A stretch of 64,000 bases of DNA from Camelus dromedarius (taxonomy: Eukaryota), in assembly GCF_036321535.1 (NCBI RefSeq), contig NC_087436.1, forward strand, positions 33,730,001-33,794,000. Direction: 5' to 3'. A program made the position numbers and the translations under genes. The notes under the pieces were generated by a model. The model ran no database searches, was not told the origin of the DNA, and saw nothing but the letters and a program-made list of their open reading frames with translations. Shown one piece after another: positions 39,701 to 53,365 of the stretch. How positions within the stretch are numbered: position 1 is the first letter of the stretch; every line of letters starts with the position of its first letter.

Positions 39701-41239
39701 GTGTCTGGACTCTAGGAGACTTATTTTTCTAAACCATTATTTTCAGGGACACACCTGAAGTAAGTTTTGTGTAGTATACATTCCTTTGTGACTATACAGT
39801 TTTCACGGCCACTTCTGTGAGGGTATCTAGGGAGACCTGACGTTTAAGACCTGAACTGTAAAAAGCTTTTTAATCCAGGCGTGTGCTTCTTTGGCACTAT
39901 ATTCACTAAAAAATTTAGTAAGCTATGTTTCCTTTGCTCTATTTCATTTGGAAAAATAAACAAGCCTGTTTAGCCTAGAAAGTTCTAAAAATCAAAATAA
40001 AGTCATCAAGTAGCTCTCCCAGATATTAAAATATAAGACAAAATGTCATAATTAAAGCAGTTGTTGTGACGTACATACATAGGTGTATTAGGGTAATTAT
40101 CAAGTTCATAAATGGATACAGGCATATATGGTATTTTAAAATATGATAAAAATTTAATTTAAATTAGTGAAAATTCTATATTTGAAAATAAATGGTTGTT
40201 ATAACTTGGTAGACCTTCGGGGAATATCTCACAAATGAGTCTTTAAAAAGTGGGAATAAGTAAGAAGGGAAAAAATCCAAATTGAAGAATATTAATATTT
40301 CTTCTATTTGGAATATTTCTATATTAGAGTTAGAAAGGTCTTTGAGTACCAAACATGACCAAAAATTCTAGATTTCATTAAAGAAAATACAGTTAACTAC
40401 AGAACCATTAAAAATAAGGCAAAGCTAAAATTCTATAAACAAAATAAAAATAGAAACCAAGACACACAAAAATAGCTGTATAATTATATACATATATATA
40501 TATATATATGTAAGAAACAAGTTATACTATAATATGCAGTTTACTAAAACTTATGTAAAAAATATAGAGGTAGATATTTGAATATGCATAGGCTACCTCA
40601 TGAAGAATACACAAATAAAATGAATTGCAGCTTTCAAAGGTAACTGTGAAAGAACAAAATAAACAAACAAATGGTAACTTTGTGGTTGAGGAATATGGGG
40701 TTTATTATATGAATATATGTGCTCATATATTTGCAAGGACTTTGTTTTAAAAATTAATTATTTCTTTGTGACATATTTAAATTAAAAACAAAAACAAAAA
40801 AGAAGCCCCAAGAATTGATCAGTAGAAAATCCGTAATTGTATCTGCATTAAGTACATATGGTTTCAATGTTGTTTATTCTTATTAATATTTTCTAAACTA
40901 CCTATATTTTAGTTTATGTAGCAGAATCTGACTATCTAAATGGACAGCACAGTTATAAACTGATTCACATTTCATTTATTAATGATGTGTGTAAATCTGG
41001 ATGTTACGTTATGATCACTATTGCTGTGTGACAAAGTAACCTCATAACGTAGCACTTCGAAATAACCATGATGTCTCTGGGAATACATTTCAACTGTGGA
41101 AGTATGACCTTATAAAGGGGTCTTTTTTTTTCTTCTTCTAAGTGTATCTGGGAAGAAGGAGAATTTATTTCTTTGATCCCCTTAAACAGGACAGGGAAGT
41201 CATTATAATTATTTGTTTTTGAAGGTTTGAAATTCCCTG

Positions 41240-41922
41240 CATTATCGAGAGTAAAGAAGGTAACATTTTTCAAAGAAAACCTCTGACTTTTTAAATTTCA
41301 GGGCCTTTTTAAGGAGTCGGGAGTAGCCATACCCTAAGAAAGCATAGGACTCGTCTACACTGAAGAACTTGAGTAGGACAGGTACAGTGAGTAACTGTTT
41401 AGGAAGGGATGCCTTGACTGTGGACACCCTGCATATTCGAAAGAAAGGTTTAACCCTTGAAGGGCTCCTGGAGGTAACCTCTAACAGTTTGGACCATCCT
41501 GCCAGCGAAGAGTGTTTTTGTTTTCCTGAAGCCTTGGGCTACCAAGTATCAGTCTGTTCTCTGCAGAGGCTGAAGACTAACTCCCATCAGCCATGCAGGT
41601 GTTCAACCATGGATAAGCGACCAACTCCTGGTAAAAATCCTGCATACGAAGACTCCCCTGCTTGGCAATATTTGGTACATGTTGTCACACATCATCGCTG
41701 GCAGGTTAAGCACTGTCTTTGAGATTCTACCAGAAGAGAGCACATGGAAGTGTGTGCCTCTCCTTTAGGGACTCTGCCCTGTGTGCCTTCACCTTTGCTG
41801 GTTTCAAACTGTATCCTTTTTCTATAATAAGTTGTAACTGTTAGCATAATGATTTTCTGGGTCTTGTAAGTCCTTCCAGTGAATCACTGAATTTGAAGGT
41901 GGTCTTGGGGATTTCTAATACA
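41240..41922 (+). mobile_element. MER21-family LTR
   Basis: 3' end gtgaatcactgaatttgaaggtggtcttgggga...aca and internal gttgtcacacatcatcgctgg; 5' boundary uncertain. Confidence 0.7.
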
Positions 41923-42270
41923 GTAATGTGACAAAATTCAGCATTGCAGAAGATGGCTGGGCTCTGCTGGGGGCGGTATACATGTTTTAGAGGGGTATAA
42001 CCCTGAATGTGGTGGCCTTAAAAGCTTAGGTAGAAGTATGGTAGCTAACTTTAGCGAAACTGAGTGGGTCAAATTGGCTTAGATAATGGACACTGGCAGT
42101 GGAGAAAGACCATAACAAACTAAAGACCAGTGATGTTTACTCCAAATTACCGCACTGTATACAACCACAGAGAGCTAGGAAAGGACAATGCCCTCAAAAT
42201 AAAACTAAATTGAATTTTTCATTAGCTAGGGATATAGGACCTCAAAGCTGTTATGAAAAATACACATGTT

Positions 42271-44170
42271 GGAGTTCTGGTCAAGACGGCAAGAGTGGCA
42301 GGACCACGAGCTTCCTCTCCTTGCGACAATAGTGAAACCACAACTGAATGCTAAACAACCATTAAAAAAAGACTGTAACTAGCAAAAAAGACCTTCTGCA
42401 ACTGGAAACATAAAGCGGGTACCACAGCAGGATGGTAGGAGGGGCATGCTCACGATATAATTGGGCCCCACAACCCCGGAGTGGGCGACCCACGAGCTGA
42501 AAATCTGTTAAGTCGCAGAGGCCCTCCCACAGGAGTGAGAGCTCTAAGCCCCACGTCAGGCTCCCCAGCTCGGGTCCTGGCATTGGGAAGAGAAGGTGAC
42601 CCCAGGACATCTGGTTTTGAAGGCCACAGGGGCTTGGCTCCAGGAGCCTCATGGGACTAGGGGAAACGGAGACTCTATTTGCTTGAGAAATGCATAGAAG
42701 TACATAGAAACTCACATGCACCAGGTCCAAGGGCAGAGGCAGTGATTTAATAGCAACCTGGGCTAGACCTGCCTGATTTGGAGGGTCTCCTGGGAATGTG
42801 GGGGACGGCTGCCGCCAACTCAGGGGACATAAAAGCTGGTGACAGACATTCCAGGGCTGTTAATCTACATGAGATTTCCTGGAGGCTGACATCTTGATTG
42901 GATCATTAGCACCAAGACCTAGACCCACCCAACAACCTGTAGGGAAGCCTCAGGCCAAACAACATATAGGGTGGGAACACAGTCCCACCCATCAGCAGAC
43001 TTCCTAAGCTACAAGGCCTCTAGACACAGCCCTACCCACCAGAGGTCCAGGACCAAGCTTCACCTAGCAGTGGGCAGGCACCAGCTCCTCCTGCCAGGAA
43101 ACCTGCATAAGCCTCTAGTCCAGCCTCATCCAGCAGGGGCAGATACTAGAAATAAGGAAACAATAATCCCAAAGAGTCCACAAACACACAGAAAGGTAGA
43201 TGATATGAGGCAGCAAAGGAATATCTACCAGGCCAAGGCACAAGATAAAATCCCAGAAGAAGAAATAAGTGATGAGGAGATAGGCAATTTATCTGAGAAA
43301 GAGTTTAGAGTAATGATGGCCAAGACATTCAGAGAATTTAAGAGGAGTACAGATGAACAGAGTGAAGTTTTTAGCAAAGAGTTGGAAACTATAAAGAACA
43401 TCCAAACAGAGCTGAAGAATAAAATCACTGAAATGAACAATACACTAGAAGAAACCAAGAACAGAGTAAATGAGGCAGAGGAACAGATCAGTGAGCTAGA
43501 AGACAGATTAGTGGAAATCACTACTTCAGAACAGAAAAAAGAATAAAAAGGAATGAGGTTAGTCTAAGAGAACTCTGAGACAACATGAAGCGCTCTAATA
43601 TTCATACTATTGGAGTCCCAGAAAGAGAAGAGGGAGCGAAAGGACCTGAGAAAATTTTTGGAGAGATAATAACTGAAAATTCCCCCAACTTGGGAAAGGA
43701 AACAGTCACCCAAGTCCAGGAAGCACAGAGAGTACCACATAGAATCAACCCAAAGAGGAACACACCAAGGCACACAGTCACCAAATCGACAACAATTCAG
43801 GATAAGGAGAAAATATTAAAACTAGCAAGAGAAAAGCAACTAATAACATACGAAGGAACTCCCATAAGGTTATCAGCTGATCTTTTCAGCAGAATCTCTA
43901 CAGGCCAGAAGGGAGTGGCACGACATATTTAAAGCAATGCAAGGGGGAAACTAACAACCAAGAATACTCTATCCAGCAAGGCTCTCGTTCAGACTTGATG
44001 GAGAAATCAAAAACTTCACAGATAAACAAAAGCTAGAAGATTTCAGCACCACCAAACTAGCTTTACAACAAATGTTAAAGGAACTTCTCCAGTCATCAAA
44101 CCATAAGAAAAGAGAACAAAAAGAAGAAAGAGAAAAAAAAAAAAAAAAAAAAAAAAGAGAGACCTACAAA
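42271..44170 (+). mobile_element. L1 5'UTR + ORF1 + inter-ORF spacer, 3' part missing
   Basis: Starts ggagttctggtcaagacggc (L1 5' end type); GC-richer UTR, then ORF1, then an A-rich spacer. Confidence 0.9.
43205..44092 (+). pseudogene. L1 ORF1p (coiled coil, RRM, CTD), disrupted
   Basis: MRQQRNIYQ...EEQISELEDR coiled coil, then NIHTIGVPE, RNTPRH, PIRLSAD, ARREW and YPARLSF motifs. Frameshifts near 43540 and 43880 and a TGA in place of Trp near 43577. Confidence 0.92.
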
Positions 44171-44450
44171 AGACTGCTTTGGCTGTTCAGGGTCTTTTGT
44201 GGTTCCTTATAAATTTTGGAATTGTTTGTTCTAGTTCTGTGAGGAATGTCACAAGTATTTTGATGGGGGTTGCTTTGGATCTGTGGATTGCTTTGGGTAG
44301 TGTGGCCATTTTGATAGTGTTGATTCTTCCAATCCAACAGCACAAGAAATATTTCCATTTCTTTGTGTCATTTTGGTTTTCAGTGTATAGGCAACCTCTT
44401 TGGTTAAGTTTATTTCTAGGTATTTTGTTGTTTTTGATGTAATGGAAATG
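44171..44450 (-). mobile_element. Inverted L1 ORF2 fragment
   Basis: Minus strand encodes frameshifted RINTIKMATLPKAIHRSKATPIKI...WN.KRP.TAKAV-like ORF2 text. Confidence 0.9.
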
Positions 44451-44504
44451 TTTCTACCAGTTACAAAATTCTGGTTTTTGAAGTGGAAAAAAAAAGTGAA
44501 TGAA

Positions 44505-44720
44505 GGGCTGCAAATGGCAAAATAGCCTTCTTTTTAATTGGTGAGTTGTATTCCATTGTGCGTGTGTGTGTCTGTGTGTGTGTGTGTGCATACACACTGT
44601 ATCTCCATTATCTATTCAACTATTGATATGCACTTAGGATGCTTCCATATCTTGGCAATTATAAATATATATATTTGCTGTTAATAACAGGGTGTATGTA
44701 TCTTTTTGAGTTAATTCTTA
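44505..44720 (-). mobile_element. L1 3'UTR internal fragment with (TG)n
   Basis: gctgcaaatggcaaaatagccttctt...gcttccatatcttggcaattataaat. Confidence 0.8.
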
Positions 44721-44849
44721 TTTTGTGGTTGGCTTTATTCCTTTGATAACTTTGTAAGTTTAAAAAGCTAAAGCTCTAAACGTTCTTAGAAACAATAAAC
44801 AGTACATATATGTAAATCGAAAAACGTATGTGCAGTAAAAAAAAAAAGA

Positions 44850-45317
44850 TCTATCAAGCCATGAAAGACATGAAAGAAACTTAAAAGATATATTACTAAA
44901 TGAAAGAAGCCAGTCTGAAAAGGCTACAAACTGTACGATTCCAACCAAATGACATTCTGGTAAAGGCACAGCCACAGAAACAAAAAAAAGATCATGGTTT
45001 CCAGGGTTTTGGGGAGAGGGAGGGAGAGAGGAATGAATAGATTGAGCACATGTCATTATGCATTTGTCAGAACACACAGAATGTACAACATCAAGAGTCA
45101 ACCTTAATGTACACTATAGACTTTGGTTGATAATAATGTGCCCATGTTGGTTCTTTGGTTGTACCAAATATGCCACACTGATGAGGGATGTTGGGGGTAG
45201 GAAAGTATACATGTGTGGGTGGGGAGGGCTATGTGTGAACTCTGTATATTCTGCTCAACTCTGTTGTGAACTTGAAACTGCTCTAAAAGAATAAAGTCTA
45301 TTAAAAGAAAGAAAAAA
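44850..45317 (+). mobile_element. L1MC1-like 3' end
   Basis: gaatgtacaacatcaagagtcaaccttaatgtacactataga...aataaagtctattaaaa. Confidence 0.8.
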
Positions 45318-45968
45318 TACCCATGCTTCACTTAAACATAAAACAAATTCAAATCAGTTCAGACTGGGTACTCAATATTAGCATTTGTTTTCTTATTTAT
45401 ATAAATATTCTAAATTATTATGGAATTTAATAAAACCTAGTTGACAATATTATTAATATTTTACTAAATACACAATGCTAAATTTGAAGGTAGTTTGCCA
45501 TGCATCTTAAGTCATATTGTTCAATAAAATACTTTTATTTACAGGATTATTTCCAAAGGCAGCACATTAAAATAGAAGAAATCCAAACACATAAATATGT
45601 TCAGTACAGCATCATAGAAAATATCAAAAATTGAAGTATACCAAATCTTCAAGAGTTGGTTTTGATTAAATACACAGTAACAGATTTTCATGTTTAATAT
45701 TATTCAGCCATATTTATATACAAACATGGAAAATGAGTAACATAAACTCAAAATACAGAATATGGAATTACATGTCTATTTGATATTTCTTAATATTTCA
45801 AATTGTTAAAATACTTAAAAATTATGAAGCCATACAAGTAATGGAGCAAACAGATTTATTTGCAGCAGTGAATTTTTTTTAACTAATTTGAGATGGGGCA
45901 ACATCAGAGATGGCATAAAGCACATATTTCTCAGACACCTATTTAATCCTTGTAGTTCCTTGTGAATT

Positions 45969-45994
45969 CACACACACACACACACACACACACA
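45969..45994 (+). repeat. (CA)n microsatellite
   Basis: Perfect run. Confidence 0.95.
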
Positions 45995-46739
45995 GTCATA
46001 ACACTAAAAAAAATTCAACAGTAAAGTGTAACATTGTCCTGCAAGAGAGAGAAAGTCCCTTGTTAGTGAGAATGATGTTTTACTCCCACCTTGTACAGTA
46101 GGAGCTCGGGTAGTAAGTCAAGCCCAGGAGCAGAGAGCATGGCCATTCCCACAGTGCCTTGCTCTATCTTAATGTGTATTGTATTTAATGACTGAATAAC
46201 AGTAGTAGCTTCTCCCAAACTTTCCTGTCTTACTCATTAGATAGCATTCAGACTTAATGAAAACATTTCCCCAGAAGACAAAGAGTAACATAAACAATTT
46301 ATCATCATTCCCACTGGTCAAACATAAACGTTTTCTGAATTGGAGATGGAGTTTTGCCATGGCTTAGTGGAATTTACTATATGGCAAAGGCTGTGCAATT
46401 TTAGAGCTGAATAATTGTTTTGTGGCACAGTAGAAATATTTATTTTGGATGGAGAGTAGTTTTCAGGGAGAAAAATGCTGAACAAGGGGAATAAGTGCTG
46501 GTTTACAGGATTGGATGTTAGCAGAAAAGAGAATAAATTCTGTAAAGTAAACCAATTTTACTCCTAAGATATAGAGGCATAAACTTAAAAGGCAAGGAGT
46601 GGAACGCTCTCAATGTCCACTCTCCATCCATTCACCTGAGCTCGCGGCTCTTCTTCCAGTCATCTTTCTCACTTGTATGCATAAATAATATAATTTAGCT
46701 ATTGTTATTGTTAAGAAAGTAGAAATAATCTTCTACATA

Positions 46740-47140
46740 TTAGTGTTCATTTTATTTTTTTCTTTTCACAACTGAACATACCATGTGCATATTTACATAA
46801 CATTCAATATATATCTCCTCTTTCTCTTTCATGGCTGCTCTGTATTCACTTTTATGGATTTATCATAGTTTATTCCCTCACTGATGGAAAAGTAAGTGGT
46901 GTCTATTGCTAGTTCAAGGCTTCCATGAACATCTGTACTATGATGTAATTTCTGTAAAACAGCTTTCTGTGCACAATTAAAATTTAATGTCCACTGGCAA
47001 ATTATTCCCCGGAAGACTGTTACCAAATTTTATGCTCACTGTGAATATGTGAATGCCTAGTCTCCTTTGTATTCTCAAAGAATGTTAGAAATCTTTAAAT
47101 TGCTTGCTGGTCTAATGGGTGAAATTATGTGAATGAAGTA
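46740..47140 (-). mobile_element. Ancient L1ME fragment
   Basis: ttattccctcactgatggaaaag...ggaagactgttaccaaattttatgctcac antisense L1 3' text. Confidence 0.5.
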
Positions 47141-47275
47141 TATCAATATGAAATTTGGTAATGCAGGAACAGAAGTGTCTGGTTGCAACAATATCCAAAT
47201 GATATTTAATTTTGTTTGCCCAATAAATGATAGGTAGAAAGAAAAAAAGAAAGATAAGCAAAATTATTGAGTGTG

Positions 47276-47299
47276 TATATATATATATATATATATATA
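47276..47299 (+). repeat. (TA)n microsatellite
   Basis: Perfect run. Confidence 0.95.
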
Positions 47300-48279
47300 G
47301 CTAACAAATATCTTGTAAAATTAGCTGTATTTGCCAATGGGATAACACAAAATGTTGGTTTATAAATTGGGTCTCTGTGATGATACGAAGTCAAGCTGAC
47401 ATGATAAAATGATGGAAAGTTTTTTTTTTCAAGTTGAACTATTTTACTTATTTTAATTTGAATTATTTGACTAACATACTTGGTCATACTGACTACCTGT
47501 AACTGAAGATTGTTCATGGGACAGACATGGGCTAAAACACTGCTGTTCAGCTTAGCATCATTACTCATGCTAAGCTAGAATATGCACAAACACAAAATGG
47601 TGGCAATATGAATTAAGTGAAATCTGCAAGTAACTTGTTTTTCAACAAAATTCACTTATTATTTTCCTAAATATCAAATTGTTTGGCTTCGAGTTAACCA
47701 ACACCCCATCTCTCAAGCCAACATTATATTCTGGCAAACATCAAAATCTGTGGATGGAATGGTAAACAAAGTTTAATTATCTATTTATTTATTTACCAAG
47801 CATTTTCTCCTTCTTTTTATGCCTTAATCCATGTTTCATTGCAAACTAGAATAATAACATGAGGCTTATTTCAAAATTCACATCTGGAGAAATTTCTAAC
47901 AGAAATCAAATCTTTTGTTCAAATTTATTTGTACTTGGAAAACAGGCCTGCATTTAAGAGAAATGCAGCTAAAATGATTATTGAAATTGTTGAAAATGAT
48001 TTTGTATAACTAATGGAAACTAAGACAGCAACATTTTAATGATTTAAGTGCAAAATAACTAGAAACAGACAATTTCTATTTTCCTTTAAAGATTTTGTTT
48101 TGTTTTGTTTTAAATCAAGAGACCAGTGTTCAGCAAAATATAGTTTAGCTTCTATTGAAATGTAGGCAAATATAGGACCTTTCTTCTATTTATCTTAAAA
48201 CAATTTTCAAGAACATGTTATCTTCTTGAGCTTTACTGTTTTGGAGTAAAACAAAAGATAAATGGATATCCCTTCTCCC

Positions 48280-48317
48280 AGATGCAAGAAGGGACCATTT
48301 TTTCCCTTCTTGCATCT
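48280..48317. repeat. Perfect 15-bp inverted repeat with 8-nt loop
   Basis: agatgcaagaaggga ccattttt tcccttcttgcatct. Confidence 0.95.
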
Positions 48318-51300
48318 AACACATGAAGCATTAAATCACAAGTAATTCTGTAATTTTGGCAGCATTCTTTATGCAGAATATACACGCTTGATTATTTGTA
48401 ACTTTTTACAGGGATCTATACATATAGTGACATTAAATACATCTCTTTCCCTCTCTCTTCTTCTCTTTCTTCTTTCTTTCTAAATATTACTACCCTATCT
48501 ACTTTATCCTTCGGTGGATTGGAGTTTTCGTCCACGGCAAAAAATAACTGTTAGTGGACACTTTCATGGAAACTATCCCCCTAAGCAGTTTCATCTTAAG
48601 CAATGTATCATTAATCATTAGACTAAAACAGCCTGGGTCATCAAAAATAAGTGATATGAAAATACTATATACTTATAAAGATCTTAAAACTTGAGTTCTT
48701 GATTTATATTTTCTATCTGTCTCTAAAATATAATTGGAAGCCACATTATTCTTACATTTTTAGTTTCCCAAGATTTTCTTTTTTCTGAACTCTTTTTGTT
48801 TGTTTGTTTTGTTCTTTGTTTTGGTTTTTGCTTTATTGGAGGGAACTTCATACTAAACCATTTATCCTTTTTTTTTTTAATGCATCTATTCCAGTTTGAT
48901 TTTTGCTGGATGAGCTCCCAAAGGGATATGCAATGAGGAGGCAATGATTTTTGAATTTTTATTTTTGAAAACAGAACAAAAACTTTTCTTTACATGAACT
49001 TGAAGATAAGGCCCCAAGATCCAAGATATAAAATGAAGGCAGAACTATTCAAGGTGAACAGTGTTTCATATATCATACATTCTCTTGGCTTCTCCCCTTA
49101 CCCTGCTTCCTTTGGCATTCATGAAATAGGTCTGCAGATCTTTAGGATCACTGGGGACATAGTTCAAGAGACTTAACCTCTAGCAGTTCAGCACATTAAA
49201 TACCAACCCCATAAATATCATCCCATAAATGCTGTAAACTTTCCGTAACTGTCCAGCTTCCATAGCTACCCATCATATACCCATGAGCCTCTCTAGATTT
49301 TTAATCATTGGCTTGATCAGATAAAGACAAATATTTTCCTTGTGTAGGATAGAAATTTTAAAAGTCACCATTACCAACACCATTCATTTATGAATGATAT
49401 TCACATTTTAAAATAATTATTTTATATGGCAAATGAAAATAAGAACTTTGATGTTTACATGAGAAAGCTTTGGCTCCCAAAGAACTCTACAAAGTTCCTT
49501 GTACTTAAGCAGAATGTTTTCCTCAGTGAATCCTGCCATAAACCATTTATTCTTAAATAATATTTTTTGTAGCATTTTGGGTTTACTGAAGCATTAGAGA
49601 AAGGATAAATTAAGGAACAATACCTAAGTTGTCTCCATTTGTTTATACCCTCTCAGGGATTCATTTAAGAGGATAATAAGTCTAGGGTATTGACCTCATG
49701 GTAAATGTTATAGATTGCTGATAGCAAATGAAGCAGCCTAAAAACTACTCTTGGAAAAAATGCTTTATTTCTTAAAAAATAACATAAAAATTCATGACCA
49801 ACATGAGCCAAGGTACCAGAAATACGTGATTGTTCATTTAAAGTTAATACAAGGTGATTATAATGTCAAAGTGTAAGGCTTTCACTGATACAGCACATGG
49901 AACAAATAATTGTTCATTCAATCAGTACATGTAAAAATATGGGCATCATTTAAAAAATCACTTTGTGTGAAATAAATTTCTTTTTTAATCAAAGAAGCTT
50001 TACTTTTATGTAGCCAAAAATCATTATTTGTTTTCCACTTAATTTCTTCCATTTTGTTTTCCACAATTAAATGGAAAAGCTAAAGAGAAAAATAGGAGAA
50101 AGTATTCTGCCTTCAGTTCAGTTGAAGGTACAATTAAAGACCCCCATTCTGGAACAATATAATTCCTTGTTTAAGCAATAGGTACAAACTTTACTTTTAA
50201 ATTGACATTCTTATCAATTATTTCATTTTACAGAGGCCTATCTGCTCTTACAACAGCCAGTTCTGGTCCATCATCCGTTGTACACAATCCCTTGGACATC
50301 TCAGCCATGCATTATAGTCTAAGGGCAAAAACTGACTCTGCACCATGGGCCTTCCAAAATAAGCACAGCTGCAGTCTTTGTATCTTTAGTGGGCTCCCTC
50401 CCAATACTGCACAGCAGTCAGAGGTGTTCAGTTATTCCAAATTTAAAGTCAAAAAGATCAGCTTTCTGAGAAGCCACAGGAATTGCTCCTCCAGTCTAAG
50501 AGTTATAACAAAGCATGCACATCTCTGTGGAGGAGCAGATTCCTAGCTGACTGAGTTATCAGAAGCATTTCACTAAAGCATACAAACCAAGCTGGGTTCA
50601 TGCCAGTGGATTCACCTTAGGTTGGTCAACTAAGCAGATAACATACATCTTCCTCTGAAGTGTTTAGTGTTAATGCTTACAGTCATGGGACACAGGGCCC
50701 CCCTCTGTCAGGATGTAAAATGTGCCATGCTAAATGACCTTATATACAATTGTCAGGGTTGTAAAGTGCTTAGAAATTTATTAGACTGTTATGTTTCAGC
50801 ACAGGACTATATTGTATCAAGATAGTTTAAAATATTGATGTAAACCACACATTGTTCTAATAGAAACCACTTACAGCTAATCAGAGGACCCAGAATAACC
50901 TAACATTATATACTAACCTATGCTTCTATTTTCCTGCCTTGAGCTTGGTCAGCACACACTTCAATACTGCAGAATCTATTGTAAAATTCTGAGAAAATTG
51001 TGACTTTATATGAATAAGATAATGTTATGGACACTACTCTAATATTTCAGTCTCCATTAAAAGGTATATTTTTTTAACAAACATTATTTTTTCTTCCTTT
51101 ATCTGTATAATTTCCCAAATACTCCTGCCTTTAGAATCCTAAAGGCAAACAGTATATATATCCACTTAGAAAAAGCAATCTGTATCTATATAAGGCAGTG
51201 ATGTGTATATTATATATCATATACATCTATCCATGTACGTATGCATAGATCTATCTATCCACATTTTTCTTAAGTGTTGCAGCTCTCTATCCCCACTGCC

Positions 51301-53234
51301 TTGACCTCCTGCCTATGACTGATATCAGGCAGATAATTAGAAAACATTATTCTTTGGTGGTCTTTGATTTCACCAATTGGTGAACTTAAAAAAAAAGAAA
51401 AAAAGAAAAAATCCACTGAAATAAAACAATCATTATGCCTCTTCCCCAGGACCACTTTACATACTCACATTACCTTTTTGGTTTCTGATAACATTTAGGT
51501 AAAGGAAAGAGGACAGAGAAAACTTACTTGGGATTGAGTGTATTCATTCCAGGAGAGAGAATGCAAACAAAGACAATAAATTCTGGGAAGTTACTGCAGG
51601 TCAGTCTGAAGAAAGAGGAGTTACTTTGGACCAGATAGGGAATGGTGTCTTTCCCATATGGGAAAGATTGGTCTGAAGTACGACACAACACAGGAGACAG
51701 GGCAGGAGAATGCTGTGAAATCGTTTAGACTTTATCCACCCACTCAGGGTACCAACCCGAAGCTGGCCTTACTGGTCAGAAACAATACCAGACAGGATTA
51801 AGGGAGAAGAACCAAGGTCTTCAAGTCCTGGAGAGCTGGCCAGACATGTCAATCTGTGGTTCAGACTCCAGCTACCTTCAGAGAAGAGAATCTGTATGTA
51901 AACTTATCTGTGTCTAGATTCCATATTTTATTTTTCTTCATTTTCCCCTTCTTAATAAATTTACTTTGGAATGTTTGTCCACATTAAGCCAAGACATCTG
52001 AGGAAAGAGAGTGCCTTTAGAGACTAACTGTGGTACCACACATGAAATACAACTATCAAAAAGAAAAGAGACTTGGCAAAGCTGTGATATTTCACTCTGG
52101 CAAAACTCTGGAACCTGAACAATTACGACCACCTCTGATAACCCCTCTCTTCACACATGACAATTCACAGTGAAAATAAACTAGAAAAATGACTAAGCTT
52201 CTTATTTTTCAGAGGCAGATTCACAATATATACTAGATACTAATGTTACTATATAGATTCTTGCAAAAAAATTGCGTGTAATCAAATGTGCCTATTCCTC
52301 AAAAAAAAAAATAGTGCCAAGTTACAGAATTACTTGTGATATAGGCCTTACATGTCAGATGCAAGAAGAGAAAAATATTTTAAACATCAATTTTTCATTT
52401 TGTATACACATATAAAAGAGAGGGGAAGCCCTTAAGCATTGCTAAAATAACATCATGGCATTTTTAAGACTTTAGATAATTTGAGGAAGAAAATGCTTTT
52501 ATTCGGAAATAATTTAAGTCATTATTTGTAGAGTGTTTTTCTACAAAATGAGACTTTTGGTAAAAGGGCAAAAAAAGAGAATCATGAAAGATAGCTTTGT
52601 TAACTGTCAGTGATATGTGTCTGTTATTCTTCTGCCTTGCAGGCTCATAAAGTACAAACCAGTTGCTTTAGAGACAGGGTTGCTATTAGCTCTCTGTAGA
52701 CATTAATGCACTGCAGGGACTTTCTACCACCAAAAAAAAAAAAAAAAAAAAGCTCTTAAGAATCTGGAGTCGTCCAAGCCACCCAGAGTGAGTGTTTCCT
52801 GGCACCCGAGGTGTTATGATTGCTATGGTCCTGTCACATGATGCTGTTTTCCCAAGTAAATGCAGTTTTTTTTTTAATGCCATAAAGAACTCTGCCCAAA
52901 TGCTTCAGCTACCAGCCAAGGCTTTCCCCCACCCTAGCTTGAGAAAGAGAGCATCTGCCTTTAAATAATAAAATAAAATCTTTCACAACCTCAAAATTAA
53001 TTTTCAAAAAAGCCAATTGCAACCAGACAATAACATTACGGATGTAATAGAATTCACAATTAACAAAACAGGTAGTAACTTTTTCTATAGACTCAGTTTC
53101 GCCATTAGATAGATATTTGGTGGGCAGAAGGCAAACGAGGGGCAAATAGCACCCCCCCCCACCATATTCCAGCTACTGCCTCTTGGACTACTATGAGAGG
53201 GGACAGAGAGCTGGCAGAATGAAGAAAGGAAGAG

Positions 53235-53365
53235 GATTTGGAAAATCCTTAGCCCTGCCCCAGGATTAATTAGAAATTCAGAGAGTATTGCCCAATAATC
53301 TTTTTTTTTTTTAATAAGTGCTCCAGTGATTCTGATACACACTGAAATGTAATAAGATCTGCTGC
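53235..53365. mobile_element. MER5-like DNA transposon fragment
   Basis: ttttaataagtgctccagtgattctgatacacactgaaatgt...ctgc. Confidence 0.55.

Noticed and set aside
42971..43204. N-terminal extension of the 191-aa ORF
   Set aside because: It starts at a GTG inside the L1 5'UTR; L1 ORF1 similarity begins at ATG 43205.
44120..44160. A run as the poly(A) tail of an ORF1-only retrocopy
   Set aside because: L1-like spacer sequence continues after it and no TSD follows.
52643..52787. Plus-strand exon (ttgcag acceptor, AGA|GTGAGT donor)
   Set aside because: It contains a long poly(A) run; such pseudo-exons are common and there is no other support.
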